DNA of 64,000 bases from Synechococcus sp. (GTDB lineage: Bacteria > Cyanobacteriota > Cyanobacteriia > PCC-6307 > Cyanobiaceae). Within the stretch, counting starts at the first letter, position 1. Each line of letters begins with the position of its first letter. The stretch spans positions 896,136 to 960,135 of the forward strand of contig JBJBDC010000001.1 of NCBI GenBank assembly GCA_047285535.1, given 5' to 3'. The notes under the pieces were generated by a model that saw only the letters and a program-made list of their open reading frames with translations, made no database searches and was not told the DNA's origin. Both the position numbers and the translations under genes were made by a program. Shown here piece after piece: positions 1 to 11,348 of the stretch.

Positions 1-240
1 CCAGCTGAACAGCGACCGGCTCCGGACTTAGCCCGTCGGGTTGAAAGTCTCTTGCGGATGGCTTTCCTGAGTCGGCGCAAAATGTTGCGTAACACCTTGG
101 CCGCGGCCTGTCCCCCAAACCGCCTGCAAGCCTTAGCAGAGGCAGCTGGCATCAGCCTTGAGCAACGCCCCCAGGAAGTGTCTCCAGAGGCTTGGACTGC
201 CCTGGCGAAGGGTTTGAATCAAACCAACTCTGCTGCTTGA
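1..240 (+). CDS. rsmA: 16S rRNA (adenine-N6,N6)-dimethyltransferase KsgA/RsmA, 3' end (partial)
   Basis: C-terminal motif [13 protein letters not shown]...[10 protein letters not shown]; directly upstream of ispE, the usual order. Confidence 0.85.
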   Translation, partial: PAEQRPAPDLARRVESLLRMAFLSRRKMLRNTLAAACPPNRLQALAEAAGISLEQRPQEVSPEAWTALAKGLNQTNSAA

Positions 241-244
241 CCGG

Positions 245-1177
245 ATGACCGCCAAGGTTCGCGTCACCGCTCCCGCCAAAATCAATCTGCATCTGGAGGT
301 GCTCGGTCAGCGATCCGATGGATTTCACGAGTTGGCCATGGTGATGCAAAGCATCGACCTTGTTGATGAGTTGGAGTGTTGCAATCGGGCTGACGGCTTG
401 ATTCAGCTCAGCTGCACACAGCCAGGACTCAGTTGCGGTAATGACAACCTCATCATGCGCGCAGCCAAACTCTTGAAGGAACGGTCTGGTTTTCCTGAGC
501 TTGGCGCTCACATCAATCTGCACAAACACATTCCGATTGGCGCTGGTCTTGCCGGAGGGTCCAGCGATGGTGCTGGAGCTCTCGTCGCTCTCAACGAGCT
601 CTGGGGCCTCGGACAGACCCCAGAGCAATTAAGAGCCCTGGCCTCTGAACTTGGCTCAGACATGCCGTTTTGTCTTGCCGGCGGGACTCAGCTTTGCTTT
701 GGTCGTGGTGAATGCCTGGAAGCCGTCGCGACCTCAGAGGAAGCTCTCGGTGTTGTGCTGATCAAAGACCCAACGGTCAGTGTTTTAACACCTTGGGCCT
801 ATGGCGAGTTTCGTCGCAAAAAGAGCCATCAATATCGCATGGGTGAAGAGGCCTTTGCTCAGCGGCGTCAGGTTTTACGCGAATCCCCTTGGTTGCACCC
901 TGTACGAGCGGATGAGCCACCTCCACTGCGCAACGATTTACAAGCTGTGGTAATGCCTCAGACACCCTCGGTGCAAACAGCCATTCGTCTGCTCCAGACT
1001 CTTCCTGGGCAACTGAGAACAGCCATGAGTGGTTCGGGCCCCAGCTGCTTTGCCCTCTTCCCAGATCTCAGTTCAGCGAATGAGGCGCTTACAGGGGCCC
1101 GTGATCAGTTCAACCAAGCTGGTTATGCCGCATGGAGTTGTTCATTTCTTGGACATGGCGCCAAGCTGATCTCATGA
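245..1177 (+). CDS. ispE: 4-diphosphocytidyl-2-C-methyl-D-erythritol kinase
   Basis: [26 protein letters not shown] and [13 protein letters not shown]-kinase motifs. Confidence 0.97.
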   Translation: MTAKVRVTAPAKINLHLEVLGQRSDGFHELAMVMQSIDLVDELECCNRADGLIQLSCTQPGLSCGNDNLIMRAAKLLKERSGFPELGAHINLHKHIPIGAGLAGGSSDGAGALVALNELWGLGQTPEQLRALASELGSDMPFCLAGGTQLCFGRGECLEAVATSEEALGVVLIKDPTVSVLTPWAYGEFRRKKSHQYRMGEEAFAQRRQVLRESPWLHPVRADEPPPLRNDLQAVVMPQTPSVQTAIRLLQTLPGQLRTAMSGSGPSCFALFPDLSSANEALTGARDQFNQAGYAAWSCSFLGHGAKLIS

Positions 1178-1503
1178 GGACTGACGACATCGAGACGAAA
1201 AGGGAGACGGAAAAGGTCTCTTCAGAACCGAAAAAAGGCCCGATCAGTTTTTTGTCGGGCTCCCTGACGAGCTTGATGTTGGGGTGGCTGTGTTTGGGAC
1301 TTAGCAAAGGAATGGTGGCCTATTTCGCGCAACGTCCTCCAAACTTCAGCTCTGCGATCGCTCAAAGCATCGCATCGGCGCTCAAAACGTTACTCATAGG
1401 ACTGTGTTTCCTGGCCACATTCAGCTGTGCCTTCATCGGCATTGGGTTGTTTGTGGTGTTTATTCGCAGTCTTTTCACAGGCAAAGAAGCCGATGCTGCC
1501 TAG
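1174..1503 (+). CDS. Conserved cyanobacterial membrane protein (DUF3082-like)
   Basis: ATGA overlap with the ispE stop; two hydrophobic segments; [12 protein letters not shown] and [13 protein letters not shown] resemble this family. Confidence 0.7.
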   Translation: MRTDDIETKRETEKVSSEPKKGPISFLSGSLTSLMLGWLCLGLSKGMVAYFAQRPPNFSSAIAQSIASALKTLLIGLCFLATFSCAFIGIGLFVVFIRSLFTGKEADAA

Positions 1504-1545
1504 CCTCAAATCACTGTCCTGAACGGCCCTAGGCGGTCATTGGTG

Positions 1546-1641
1546 ATGACTCCCCACGATCTTGGTCAGCTGGTGCTTCTGCTTTCACCAGGTTTGCTCC
1601 TCTCGGTACTCCTGCTTTCGACGTTTGCTGCAGGGGGCTGA
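1546..1641 (+). CDS. Small hydrophobic protein, 31 aa (MTPHDLGQLVLLLSPGLLLSVLLLSTFAAGG)
   Basis: Translated by hand; one TM-like segment; fills the gap between the DUF3082-like gene and pdhB; below the ORF-track cutoff. Confidence 0.6.
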   Translation: MTPHDLGQLVLLLSPGLLLSVLLLSTFAAGG

Positions 1642-1702
1642 TTTTTCTCTGCTGAGATAGCTTGGCCACTCACGCCGGCTTGGCCGGGATTGCAGCAACG
1701 CC

Positions 1703-2686
1703 GTGGCAGGGACGCTTCTTTTCAATGCACTTCGTGAGGCCATCGACGAAGAAATGGCCCGTGACGCCCACGTCTGCGTGATGGGTGAAGACGTCGGCCA
1801 GTACGGCGGCTCTTACAAAGTCACAAAGGATCTTTACGAGAAATACGGTGAATTACGCGTCTTAGACACGCCGATTGCTGAAAACAGTTTCACGGGCATG
1901 GCCGTTGGTGCCGCCATGACAGGCCTGAGGCCAATCGTGGAAGGCATGAATATGGGCTTCCTGCTTTTGGCGTTCAACCAGATCTCCAACAACATGGGGA
2001 TGCTTCGCTACACGAGTGGCGGAAATTTCACCATTCCCACAGTGGTGCGTGGTCCAGGTGGCGTGGGTCGTCAGCTAGGGGCTGAACATAGTCAGCGCCT
2101 TGAGGCCTATTTCCACGCCGTTCCAGGTATCAAGATCGTTGCTTGCAGCACGCCCACCAATGCCAAGGGGCTGATGAAGGCTGCGATTCGCGACAACAAC
2201 CCAGTGCTCTTTTTTGAGCACGTGTTGCTCTACAACCTCACAGAAGAGCTGCCAGAAGGGGATTACATCTGCGCTCTTGATCAAGCCGATCTGGTGAAGG
2301 AAGGGAGTGACGTCACGATCCTTACCTACTCACGCATGCGTCACCATTGCTTGAAAGCGGTGGAGCAGCTTGAAGCGGATGGCATCAGTGTTGAGTTGAT
2401 CGACCTGATCAGCCTGAAGCCCTTCGATATGGAAACGATTGCCCGTTCAATCCGTAAGACCCATCGGGTGATCGTGGTGGAAGAGTGCATGAAGACCGGC
2501 GGTATCGGTGCAGAACTGATTGCCTTGATCACGGAGCATTGCTTCGACGATCTCGATGCCCGGCCCATTCGCTTGTCCAGCCAGGACATTCCCACGCCTT
2601 ACAACGGCAATCTTGAAAATCTGACGATTATTCAGCCCCACCAAATTGTGGAAACGGCCCAGGCCATCGTGCGCACGGGGCTCTGA
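1703..2686 (+). CDS. pdhB: Pyruvate dehydrogenase E1 beta subunit
   Basis: [29 protein letters not shown] motifs. Confidence 0.97.
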   Translation: MAGTLLFNALREAIDEEMARDAHVCVMGEDVGQYGGSYKVTKDLYEKYGELRVLDTPIAENSFTGMAVGAAMTGLRPIVEGMNMGFLLLAFNQISNNMGMLRYTSGGNFTIPTVVRGPGGVGRQLGAEHSQRLEAYFHAVPGIKIVACSTPTNAKGLMKAAIRDNNPVLFFEHVLLYNLTEELPEGDYICALDQADLVKEGSDVTILTYSRMRHHCLKAVEQLEADGISVELIDLISLKPFDMETIARSIRKTHRVIVVEECMKTGGIGAELIALITEHCFDDLDARPIRLSSQDIPTPYNGNLENLTIIQPHQIVETAQAIVRTGL

Positions 2687-2689
2687 TTC

Positions 2690-4174
2690 ATGGCCCGTCA
2701 ACAGGGGTGGTTTGCCCTCATCCTCGCTCTGGCCATTGCTGCTGGATCCGTACTCACCAGCTTCCCTCTTCAGCTGGGTCTCGATCTTCGCGGGGGGACC
2801 CAACTCACCTTGGAGGTGCAGCCATCGGGTGACATCACCAAAGTAAAGGCTGAGCAACTGGAAGCGGTGAAAGCGGTGCTGGATCGCCGAGTGAATGGCC
2901 TTGGTGTCGCGGAATCGACCCTTCAGACCGTTGGCGAAAACCAACTGGTCTTGCAGCTTCCCGGAGTCACCGATCCTTCGAGAGCAGCCAGAGTACTTGG
3001 CAGCACAGCTTTGCTTGAGTTTCGGGCACAGAAACCAGGTTCAGAAGAAGAATTACGGAATTTGATTCAACTCAGAGCCCAATTGAAAAGCGTGCTGGCT
3101 TTGAACGAAAACAAGACCAATTCTGAGCCCGAAGCTCAAAACGATGAACGCACCCGTGAGCAGTTAGCCAAGGCTCAGAAGGCTTTAGGTCTTGAGGGAA
3201 GTGCGTCCTCCGAGCAAGAACAACTGGAACAACTGCTGGAGCGTGCCAATCAAGAGATTGTTGAACGTTTTGAACCAGCTGCACTGACAGGCAAGGATCT
3301 TGTGACCGCTGGTCGTCAACAGCAGCAAAATGGCAGCAGTTGGGAAGTCACCCTCACATTCAATCGAGAAGGCGGCGAGAAATTTGCGGAGCTAACCCGC
3401 TCCATCGCTGGCACCGGGCGACTCCTGGGAATCGTGCTGGATGGCCGTCCGATCAGTGAAGCCAGTGTTGGTGATCAGTTCCGAGCTGCGGGTATCACGG
3501 GTGGTTCTGCCGTGATTACTGGCAATTTCAGCGCAGAGGAAGCTCGAGATCTGGAAGTTCAGCTACGCGGTGGATCGCTTCCACTTCCCGTGGAAATTCT
3601 TGAAGTGCGCACAATTGGCCCGAGCCTTGGTGCCGAAAATGTGCAGCGCAGCCTCATTGCTGCCTTAGCCGGACTGATCTTGGTTGCCATCTTCATGCTG
3701 CTCGTGTATCGCCTGGCGGGAGCGGTGGCGGTCTTTGCTCTAAGTCTTTATGCCCTGTTCAACCTGGCGGTTTACTCCCTCATTCCGGTCACTCTCACCT
3801 TGCCTGGTACGGCTGGATTCATCCTCAGCATTGGTATGGCCGTTGATGCCAATGTCTTGATTTTTGAGCGAATCAAAGACGAGTTACGGCGAGGCAACAC
3901 ATTGATCCGCTCCATCGAAACAGGGTTCTCTCAGGCTTTTTCTTCGATTGTTGATGGTCATCTCACCACCCTGATTAGTTGCGCTGCTTTGTTCTTCCTC
4001 GGAACAGGGTTGGTGAAAGGTTTTGCGGCCACGCTTGGAATCGGAGTTCTTCTCAGCCTGTTCACGGCCCTCACCTGCACCCGCACGCTTTTGCGCTTTT
4101 TGATGAGCTATCAAGCGCTACGGCGCCCAACCAATTTCCTGCCCGCAGGGCAGCTGCCTTCCTCCGCTGCTTGA
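2690..4174 (+). CDS. secD: Protein translocase subunit SecD
   Basis: LGLDLRGG, RRVNGLGVAE, IGMAVDANVLIFERIKDE. Confidence 0.97.
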   Translation: MARQQGWFALILALAIAAGSVLTSFPLQLGLDLRGGTQLTLEVQPSGDITKVKAEQLEAVKAVLDRRVNGLGVAESTLQTVGENQLVLQLPGVTDPSRAARVLGSTALLEFRAQKPGSEEELRNLIQLRAQLKSVLALNENKTNSEPEAQNDERTREQLAKAQKALGLEGSASSEQEQLEQLLERANQEIVERFEPAALTGKDLVTAGRQQQQNGSSWEVTLTFNREGGEKFAELTRSIAGTGRLLGIVLDGRPISEASVGDQFRAAGITGGSAVITGNFSAEEARDLEVQLRGGSLPLPVEILEVRTIGPSLGAENVQRSLIAALAGLILVAIFMLLVYRLAGAVAVFALSLYALFNLAVYSLIPVTLTLPGTAGFILSIGMAVDANVLIFERIKDELRRGNTLIRSIETGFSQAFSSIVDGHLTTLISCAALFFLGTGLVKGFAATLGIGVLLSLFTALTCTRTLLRFLMSYQALRRPTNFLPAGQLPSSAA

Positions 4175-4177
4175 TCC

Positions 4178-5167
4178 ATGGCTGTGCCCTCTTCAACTGG
4201 TCAAGAACGCCCTTTGCGTTTTCCTTTAAGTCGACAACGGCGAAAAGTGTGGTTGATTTCGCTGGTCGTGCTCATCATCAGCACACTTGGTGTCGTTCTG
4301 AGTTGGACCAATCCTCAGATTCGCTCCCCTTTACGACCTGGACTCGATTTCACAGGCGGGACCCAAATTCAACTTGAGAGAGTGTGCGCAGAAAGCTGCC
4401 AAGAAATTAAGGCGATCGACATTCAGAATCAGTTAGAGACTCTGACAGTGACCGATGAGGGAGTTGAAACACTCCCGAATCTCGCTACAGCACGAGTTCA
4501 GTTACTCGATAGGGGAAAGTCTGTGGTGTTGCGGATGCCTGCTTTATCGGCTGCACAAGGCCAAGCCGTGATCGAGACTCTTGAACCGATCGCTGGTCCA
4601 TTTGAGGTTGGCGGTCAATCCGTCGACACCATTGGACCAAGCCTTGGCGGCCAACTACTCCGCAGCAGCTTGATCTCTCTGCTGGTTGCATTTGCAGGTA
4701 TCGCCCTTTACATCAGCATTCGCTACGACGGTCGTTATGCCGTTCTCGCACTGGTCGCCCTCGGGCATGACGTGTTGATTGTGTGTGGTCTGTTCGCCTG
4801 GCTTGGACTGATCAGCGGCTTAGAAGTCGATAGTCTTTTCGCCGTTTCACTCTTGACGATCGCCGGCTATTCAGTGAATGACACCGTGGTGGTTTTCGAT
4901 CGCATTCGAGAACGCCAAAAAGAAGATGGCGATTTGCCGCTGGATGCTCAAGTTGATCGTGCCGTTTCAGCCACTCTCACCCGCACCCTTTACACAAGTG
5001 GCACCACCTTGCTTCCGCTCTTGGGACTCATTTTGTTTGGTGGTTCGACCTTGTTCTGGTTTGCCATTGCTCTCGCCGTAGGAGTGATTGTGGGGAGCTG
5101 GTCCAGCATTGCTCTAGCGCCATCCCTACTGAGTATCTGGCCCAATCAACGCACGGCAGGTGCGTAA
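4178..5167 (+). CDS. secF: Protein translocase subunit SecF
   Basis: GLDFTGGT, GYSVNDTVVVFDRIRE; follows secD. Confidence 0.97.
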   Translation: MAVPSSTGQERPLRFPLSRQRRKVWLISLVVLIISTLGVVLSWTNPQIRSPLRPGLDFTGGTQIQLERVCAESCQEIKAIDIQNQLETLTVTDEGVETLPNLATARVQLLDRGKSVVLRMPALSAAQGQAVIETLEPIAGPFEVGGQSVDTIGPSLGGQLLRSSLISLLVAFAGIALYISIRYDGRYAVLALVALGHDVLIVCGLFAWLGLISGLEVDSLFAVSLLTIAGYSVNDTVVVFDRIRERQKEDGDLPLDAQVDRAVSATLTRTLYTSGTTLLPLLGLILFGGSTLFWFAIALAVGVIVGSWSSIALAPSLLSIWPNQRTAGA

Positions 5168-5396
5168 TTTGGCCGTGTCAGCAGGCAGCTCATCCCAACG
5201 CTGGGTGCCCCTATTGCTGGCCACACTGGCCTTCCTCGATCTTCGCGTAGAGCTTCAGCTCCTCTTCGATCACTTCACTCTTACAAGCCTGATCTTCGCT
5301 GTCAGGCATCATCTCCTTGCTGTTGTGGTGATCATCCTCCTTCCCTCCATGTGGCGTCGTTATGGCTCCCGTGTCGGCTTCAGGTCTGACTCCTAG
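5160..5396 (+). CDS. Small hypothetical membrane protein
   Basis: Hydrophobic 78-aa ORF filling the gap after secF; start uncertain. Confidence 0.6.
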   Translation: MRNLAVSAGSSSQRWVPLLLATLAFLDLRVELQLLFDHFTLTSLIFAVRHHLLAVVVIILLPSMWRRYGSRVGFRSDS

Positions 5397-5422
5397 GTTG
5401 AGTTCACCGCTTCAAAGGAACC

Positions 5423-5905
5423 ATGTCGCTTGATCTAGACGCCAAGAAAGCTCTGCTAAGGAAAATCCCTCACGGATTGTTCATCTGTGGAGTGGCAGAA
5501 GGTGATCAAGTCAACGGCTTCACCGCCAGCTGGGTCACCCAAGGGTCGTTTGATCCTCCTCTTGTGGTGATGGCTGTGCGTGCCGACAGCACCAGCAACG
5601 GCATGATTCAACGCACGAGCCGTTTTTCCTTAAACGTCTTGGCCGCCGATCAGAAGGATCTAGCGGCTGTCTTTTTCAAGCCACAGCAAGCGGTTGGAGG
5701 CCGATTTGAAGCTGCACCCTTCACAACCGGTGCACTGGGCTTGCCGATTCTCAAGGACGCCCTTGGGGCCGTGGAATGTGAGCTCGTGGGTGAGCTTGCC
5801 CATGGAGATCACACCGTATTTCTGGGACAAGTGAAATCAGCTGTTCTCCATCGTGACGGAGCTGCTCTTGAACTCAGCAGCACGGGATGGCAGTACGGGG
5901 GCTAA
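5423..5905 (+). CDS. Flavin reductase-like protein
   Basis: GFTASWVTQGSFDPPLV and GDHTVFLGQV motifs. Confidence 0.9.
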   Translation: MSLDLDAKKALLRKIPHGLFICGVAEGDQVNGFTASWVTQGSFDPPLVVMAVRADSTSNGMIQRTSRFSLNVLAADQKDLAAVFFKPQQAVGGRFEAAPFTTGALGLPILKDALGAVECELVGELAHGDHTVFLGQVKSAVLHRDGAALELSSTGWQYGG

Positions 5906-6904
5906 CTACCAACGATCCATGATCTGTTTGATCACCACTTGCTGCATGACCACTTGAAGCACCACAACAAACGGCAAAGCCAATAGAACTCCTGGAAGCC
6001 CGAGCAGGGCTCCCAGGCTGAGTTGAGCGGTTAAAGCCACCGTTGGCAGAAGATTGACTGTTCGACTGAGCAGCACGGGAGTAAGAACAAAAGCTTCAAA
6101 GTTTTGCAGTCCTAATCGCAGCACCAGAACCTGCACCATCAGAGAGGGAGAAATCAGTAAGGCAATACCCATCGGCAGAAGAGTCGCCGTTGTAGGACCA
6201 ATGGTCGGTACAAAGGTGAGTAGCCCACACAACAAACCACTCAAAAGGGCTAAGGGGACACCGAGGATGGCAAGACCTGTCCAGGTGAGGATAAAAACAG
6301 TGCTGGCTGAAATTGTCATACCAGCAAGCCATCCGCCGAGAGCATCACGGCATCGATCGAGCAGGTCCGTGACCTGAGTGCGCGCTGGGCGGGGGCTGAT
6401 AGCGATCAGCATTTGTCGGTGTGAGCTTGGATCAAGGGCGAGCAGAATGGCGAGAAGACTCATCAAAAGCACCTGAACCAAGCCATTGGCAGCTCCACCC
6501 GCATAACCAAGAAGCTGAGCCCCAACAGGCTGAATTCCCTGCCAACTCAGCGATTCAGATGGACTGATGTTGAGGTCTTGCAGACTTGGTTGGCTGGAAA
6601 TGATCGACCTGATTTTGTTGATCAAAGTGGGCAGCAGAGTGGTGAGCTGTTCGAATTGGCCCAACAGTTCTGGGAGAAGCAGTTGAAAGACCAACATTCC
6701 TCCCAAGAACAAAACCACCAGAACGATCAAAAGAGCAGCTGGGCGTTTTAACCGAAATCGTTCCATCAACTTCTGAATCGGAACATCGAGTGTCACGGCC
6801 AACACCACGGATCCAAAAAGAATCAGTAACACCCATCGAAGCTGCCAGACCAAAAGTGTGAGCAGAATGAATGTGAGCGCAATAAGCAGAGTGCGGGCTT
6901 TCAT
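5906..6904 (-). CDS. AI-2E (PerM/UPF0118) family transporter
   Basis: Multi-TM; LTFVPTIGP and QNFEAFVLTP motifs; ATG overlaps the upstream paralog stop. Confidence 0.88.
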   Translation of the reverse strand: MKARTLLIALTFILLTLLVWQLRWVLLILFGSVVLAVTLDVPIQKLMERFRLKRPAALLIVLVVLFLGGMLVFQLLLPELLGQFEQLTTLLPTLINKIRSIISSQPSLQDLNISPSESLSWQGIQPVGAQLLGYAGGAANGLVQVLLMSLLAILLALDPSSHRQMLIAISPRPARTQVTDLLDRCRDALGGWLAGMTISASTVFILTWTGLAILGVPLALLSGLLCGLLTFVPTIGPTTATLLPMGIALLISPSLMVQVLVLRLGLQNFEAFVLTPVLLSRTVNLLPTVALTAQLSLGALLGLPGVLLALPFVVVLQVVMQQVVIKQIMDRW

Positions 6905-7980
6905 GAAGCAAGTCGTTGCCGCTTCCACGGGTCCAGAAGATCGTGAACCACAACTTCACGAATCAGCACCTGCAACACAACGGCTAAGGGCAGAGCAAGC
7001 AACAATCCAAGCGGACCAAACAAAACAGTGAACACGAACTGGGCTGAAAGGGTGAGTCCTGGCAACAAATTGACTTGGCGCTGCATGACCGAGGGAGTGA
7101 TGACGTAGCTCTCAAGGTTCTGAACGACGATATAAAGGCCAAGTACAGCCAACGCTTTCCAAGGAGCATCGAGGAGCGCCACCGACATCGGAAAGACTGT
7201 GCTCAATGTGGGGCCAACATTGGGAATGATGTTGAGCAGACCAGCCAAAAGTGCATTGGCCATGACCAGCTTCACGCCCAGAAGAGAAAGACCTATTCCG
7301 GCGAGCACAGCCACACAAACCGAACTGATCAAGACGCCGATCATCCAGCTGCTGAGTGCATCACCGCACATGCTCAGGATCACACGAGCTCGCCGCCGAT
7401 AAAATGAAGGGAGCAGCTGAATGCCAACATCCTTGTAGGCATGGGGCTGAATAGCCACCATCAGCGTGACGGCTAAGACAACGACGAGCTGAAAGAACCC
7501 GCTGCCAATATTGCCAGCCAATCCCAGAAGACTTTGAAGTCCTCCACTCACGCTGGATGCGATGGCAGGCGCACTAGGTCCATCAGCCAAGCCTTTTGGA
7601 AACAGCAATTGTTTCCAGTCACTGGTACTGGCACTGCCATAGAGCGTCGAGCTGACCGATGAAAACGTCTGCAGGACTAATTCTTTCAATGCCTTCGCTG
7701 CAGTTGGCAACTGCAGAATCAACTCTTGGAACTGGCTTGTAAAAGGCGGGACAATGACGGTCACACCAATCGCAAGAGTGAGGAGCAGTCCAAGCACACA
7801 CATCAGGAGAGCCAGCGGTCTGGGCATCTCCCAGCGCTGTCGAAGGGCTCCGACGAGTGTGCAAAGAGCCATGGCTAAAACAATGGCTGCAAAGAGATGA
7901 ATCAGGACTTCTCGCAGACTCCAAAACAACAAACCTGTTGCAAGAATGGCGAAAAGTCCAAGCCAGTGTTGGAGCTTCAC
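6901..7980 (-). CDS. AI-2E (PerM/UPF0118) family transporter
   Basis: LNIIPNVGP and [10 protein letters not shown] motifs; tandem paralog. Confidence 0.88.
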   Translation of the reverse strand: MKLQHWLGLFAILATGLLFWSLREVLIHLFAAIVLAMALCTLVGALRQRWEMPRPLALLMCVLGLLLTLAIGVTVIVPPFTSQFQELILQLPTAAKALKELVLQTFSSVSSTLYGSASTSDWKQLLFPKGLADGPSAPAIASSVSGGLQSLLGLAGNIGSGFFQLVVVLAVTLMVAIQPHAYKDVGIQLLPSFYRRRARVILSMCGDALSSWMIGVLISSVCVAVLAGIGLSLLGVKLVMANALLAGLLNIIPNVGPTLSTVFPMSVALLDAPWKALAVLGLYIVVQNLESYVITPSVMQRQVNLLPGLTLSAQFVFTVLFGPLGLLLALPLAVVLQVLIREVVVHDLLDPWKRQRLAS

Positions 7981-8363
7981 CCGTTCTCGTCGCCGCTGGA
8001 TTCACCATCGCCTGGATCCTGCGAATAACCAAGACCAGCAGACTCCGCATATCTCTGCGCAAAGCGCATAAAACGCTCAAAATCCTGTTCTGATTTCCAG
8101 GTGTAGGTGGCTTCCAAGGCACTTGCTTTGCCATTCACGAATCGGGCGTTCACTTCACGAGTGACGAGCATTCCCTCTTCATCGAGCATGAACATCCCTG
8201 TGATGTCTCCCATCGTTTCGGGAGCCAGAGCCTGGGGTTGTTCAAACACAAAGATGGCCTGTCCAGTTCGGCCGTCTCGACTGCGAGTAATGCGGATGTC
8301 AGGAACCACCGGCTCATCCACGCCACGAAAGAACTGGATCACTGCCTTGCTTTCGTCTGCCAT
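7977..8363 (-). CDS. psb28: Photosystem II assembly protein Psb28
   Basis: [32 protein letters not shown]...[11 protein letters not shown]. Confidence 0.95.
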   Translation of the reverse strand: MADESKAVIQFFRGVDEPVVPDIRITRSRDGRTGQAIFVFEQPQALAPETMGDITGMFMLDEEGMLVTREVNARFVNGKASALEATYTWKSEQDFERFMRFAQRYAESAGLGYSQDPGDGESSGDENG

Positions 8364-8392
8364 GAATGCTGCTTCGTTACCAAAGCGGGATC

Positions 8393-9448
8393 TTAAGGGG
8401 GTTCGATGGGTTCAACGCGACCAATGTTCAACAGTTCGATGGCTGCAACCTGTGCATCTTGTCCATTGAGATCAACGTGGGACGTTGTACTGGCTTGATT
8501 TAATTCGTGGTCATAACAGCGATCGTAATAGTCCAGCATGGCGCGGCAGGCATCACGCCAGCGTTGATTGCGGATCGCTTCGATCGCTTGCTGGGTACGT
8601 TGTGGGCCCAGTCTTCGATGAATCCGCTCCGTAGCTCGAAGCAGCTCATCAGCGTCCTGACAGGCATAGACCTCAACCAGTTGGTCAATTCGCTCTGAGA
8701 GACTGCGGCGGATTTCGAGCACCGGAGCCTGTTGCATCTGCAGGAAGAGCGCTTTCGGAATGCGGCAGCAGCCCACCGAGGAGCTCTCAGCTTCCAACCA
8801 AATCTGATGAGCGCCTTGCTGCCCATAGCGAACGAGAGCTTCTGCAAGTTGATTCTCATAGTGCTCACTTGTGGGCTGATCAGGTTGCCCCAGACCACCA
8901 AAGCTGCTGCCTCGATGGTGAGCCAATCCTTCCAAATCGACCACAGCCACATTCAGAGACTGCAGTGCCAAAAGCAAATCGGTTTTGCCTGTGCCCGTCT
9001 TTCCACCTAGGAGGTGAATGGGCCAGCGACGTTCAAATTGCTGCAGCACCCAGCGACGATAAACCTTGTAACCGCCTTCGAGCACCAGGGTCGGATGATC
9101 CTGAAGCCCAGCAAGCCAGGCCATGCTGTTGGAACGCATTCCCCCTCTCCAGCAATACATTCGAAGAGCTTGCTCTGTACCTCCGGCGGCATGCGTCAGA
9201 GCTTTGGAAAGATCTGCAAGGGCAGGGCCGATGAGGCTGAGGCCAAGTTCAATGGCTTGCCTCCGGCCCTGTTGTTTGTAGGCTCGACCAACGAGGGATC
9301 GCTGATCATCGTCAAACAGAGGGACATTGATCGCGCCTGGCCAGTGGCCTCGAGCAAATTCTGATGGAGTGCGCACATCGACCAGGGTCCCGCTTGCGGC
9401 CCGGAACTGATCAATAGCGCTCACGTTTGTGGGTCCCATCCCTGACAT
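8393..9448 (-). CDS. selU: tRNA 2-selenouridine synthase
   Basis: Rhodanese domain ([17 protein letters not shown]), P-loop [22 protein letters not shown]. Confidence 0.93.
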   Translation of the reverse strand: MSGMGPTNVSAIDQFRAASGTLVDVRTPSEFARGHWPGAINVPLFDDDQRSLVGRAYKQQGRRQAIELGLSLIGPALADLSKALTHAAGGTEQALRMYCWRGGMRSNSMAWLAGLQDHPTLVLEGGYKVYRRWVLQQFERRWPIHLLGGKTGTGKTDLLLALQSLNVAVVDLEGLAHHRGSSFGGLGQPDQPTSEHYENQLAEALVRYGQQGAHQIWLEAESSSVGCCRIPKALFLQMQQAPVLEIRRSLSERIDQLVEVYACQDADELLRATERIHRRLGPQRTQQAIEAIRNQRWRDACRAMLDYYDRCYDHELNQASTTSHVDLNGQDAQVAAIELLNIGRVEPIEPP

Positions 9449-9488
9449 AGTGGTTGAACGCCGAGCTAATTAGAGCCGGTTGTTAGTC

Positions 9489-10214
9489 ATGCTTTCAGGT
9501 CTTTCTTCTTCATCCGAACTCAGCGTCGACCAGCTATTGGAGAAACTCTCTAACGGCTCCTCACGTCAAAAGCGTTCTCTGATTCCTGCAGTTGAGAAAG
9601 CTGCTGATCAGATTGCAGCCATGGGAGCGACTGCTCTGGCCTCATTCGATCGTGAAGGGGAAGAATGGGCAGCAGGCTGGATTCTTCAGACGCTGCATCG
9701 TCATCAAGCGTCAGCCCTTAAAACTCTTCTGGATGGATCCGAGGGGTGGTTTGCCACTGCATCAGCAAGCGATGTGGATTATTCCATTCTCCAACAAGCT
9801 CTCCTAGAAGAGCGCTTCGAAGATGCGGATCGGCTCACCAGTGCAATCCTTCGTCGTCTCGCTGGTGAACAAGCTGAGCGCAGAGGATACGTCTATTTCA
9901 GCGAAGTCTTATCAATGGGTGGGCTTGATCTCGTCACAATCGATCGTCTCTGGCTCGCTTACTCCCAGGGGCGGTTTGGATTCACAGTGCAAGCCCGTTT
10001 GCTGACAACGCTCAATGGCCGCTATGACAAACTTTGGCCTCGAATCGGTTGGAAACAGGAGGGTGTCTGGACCCGGTACCCAGGATCTTTCAATTGGTCC
10101 CTTCAGGCTCCTGAAGGGCATCTACCGTTAATCAACCAACTGAGAGGTGTACGACTGATCGATGCTTTGCTCAACCACCCGGCCCTTGTTGCTCGGCGAG
10201 GATCCAAGGCCTAG
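9489..10214 (+). CDS. gun4: GUN4 (Ycf53) porphyrin-binding Mg-chelatase activator
   Basis: DLVTIDRLWLAYSQGRFGFTVQ, WTRYPGSFNW, APEGHLP. Confidence 0.92.
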   Translation: MLSGLSSSSELSVDQLLEKLSNGSSRQKRSLIPAVEKAADQIAAMGATALASFDREGEEWAAGWILQTLHRHQASALKTLLDGSEGWFATASASDVDYSILQQALLEERFEDADRLTSAILRRLAGEQAERRGYVYFSEVLSMGGLDLVTIDRLWLAYSQGRFGFTVQARLLTTLNGRYDKLWPRIGWKQEGVWTRYPGSFNWSLQAPEGHLPLINQLRGVRLIDALLNHPALVARRGSKA

Positions 10215-10265
10215 TGGCATGAATTAAAGAGGGGGTTATGTTCAAAACAGGATGCTTCGGCCCGG

Positions 10266-10718
10266 ATGTCATCAAGGATTGGATCGACTTCAGGGTCGTT
10301 CAGCTTTAATTTCATCCCCTCGGTTCAACGCACGCGCTGGGCGGATTTTGTTCTCCCCTCAACACTCCAACTCGCTCCGTTGCTGGAGTTACTGCTGGAC
10401 CCGGTGGAGTGTGTTGAAACGGCTTCTCGTCTCCAATTAGGACTCCAGGAGGCGCTTGTCAATGCTGTCCGTCATGGAAATTCTGACGATCCCTCCAAGT
10501 CTTTGCGCGTACGTCGCATCCTCACTCCTCAATGGATGATTTGGCAGATTCAGGATGAAGGTCAGGGGTTACCAACCCATGCCCGTCAAGGGGAGCTGCC
10601 TCAGTACTTAGAGGCAAATCAGGGCAGAGGGCTGTTTTTGATCTATCAGTGTTTTGACGATGTGCGCTGGAGTCGTCGCGGCAATCGAGTGCAACTGGCA
10701 AGCCGCAAGCGTAATTAA
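10266..10718 (+). CDS. pmgA: RsbW-like anti-sigma factor / Ser-Thr kinase (PmgA-like)
   Basis: LQLGLQEALVNAVRHGN, DEGQG, GRGLFLI HATPase motifs; N-terminal STLQLAPLLELLL resembles cyanobacterial PmgA. Confidence 0.7.
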   Translation: MSSRIGSTSGSFSFNFIPSVQRTRWADFVLPSTLQLAPLLELLLDPVECVETASRLQLGLQEALVNAVRHGNSDDPSKSLRVRRILTPQWMIWQIQDEGQGLPTHARQGELPQYLEANQGRGLFLIYQCFDDVRWSRRGNRVQLASRKRN

Positions 10719-10731
10719 CGAATGGCGGCAA

Positions 10732-10986
10732 TCAACGATGGGGACAACCAGGGTCTTTCACTTCCCTTCTGATCCAGCGAAGTGCTTGTTCTGTGAGTTC
10801 CTCCACATCGTGACGCTCGCCTCCCTGAATCAACTGAGAGAGTGCAGCAGCCATCAGTTCAGCGCAACGACGGTCAGCATCGGATTTCAAGCGATGCCAA
10901 TCACGGTCACCAAGACTCAAGCAACCATGGAGTTCCTTAGCAAGCTCAGTAGCTTGCCCTGGCCATCGCGACTCAGCCCTTGACAT
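10732..10986 (-). CDS. Conserved cyanobacterial hypothetical protein
   Basis: LSLGDRDWHRLK...ALRWIRREVKDPGCP resembles a widespread cyanobacterial family; start placed at MSRAESRW. Confidence 0.7.
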   Translation of the reverse strand: MSRAESRWPGQATELAKELHGCLSLGDRDWHRLKSDADRRCAELMAAALSQLIQGGERHDVEELTEQALRWIRREVKDPGCPHR

Positions 10987-11062
10987 CTTGTTCTGGCGAT
11001 CGGTTGTTCTTATCCTGAAGCCTTGCGTCGACAGCTGTGACGTCAATGATGGACACATCTCC

Positions 11063-11329
11063 ATGGGATCAGATTTGCGTCGCTCTCGTTTACGACATTT
11101 ACATGCGCTGGCCACGTTGATTCACATTCAGCCAAGGCAGTGGGAAACAAGAGATGTACGTTCGAGAAGAAGATTGCAACGTCGTCGCCTTATTCAACAA
11201 CTCGTTGAAGGCCAAAACAATTTGAAATGGATGCGGCGACCCGAATCAAACAAATTGTTTTGGCGAGCGTTGCGATGGGGAGGACCTGGACTCTTGCTTG
11301 GATGTGTACTGGCAAAACTTTCATCTTGA
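11063..11329 (+). CDS. Hypothetical basic protein with C-terminal TM segment
   Basis: Ends in FWRALRWGGPGLLLGCVLA; fills an intergenic gap. Confidence 0.55.
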   Translation: MGSDLRRSRLRHLHALATLIHIQPRQWETRDVRSRRRLQRRRLIQQLVEGQNNLKWMRRPESNKLFWRALRWGGPGLLLGCVLAKLSS

Positions 11330-11348
11330 CAAAGATGAATCAATCCTA

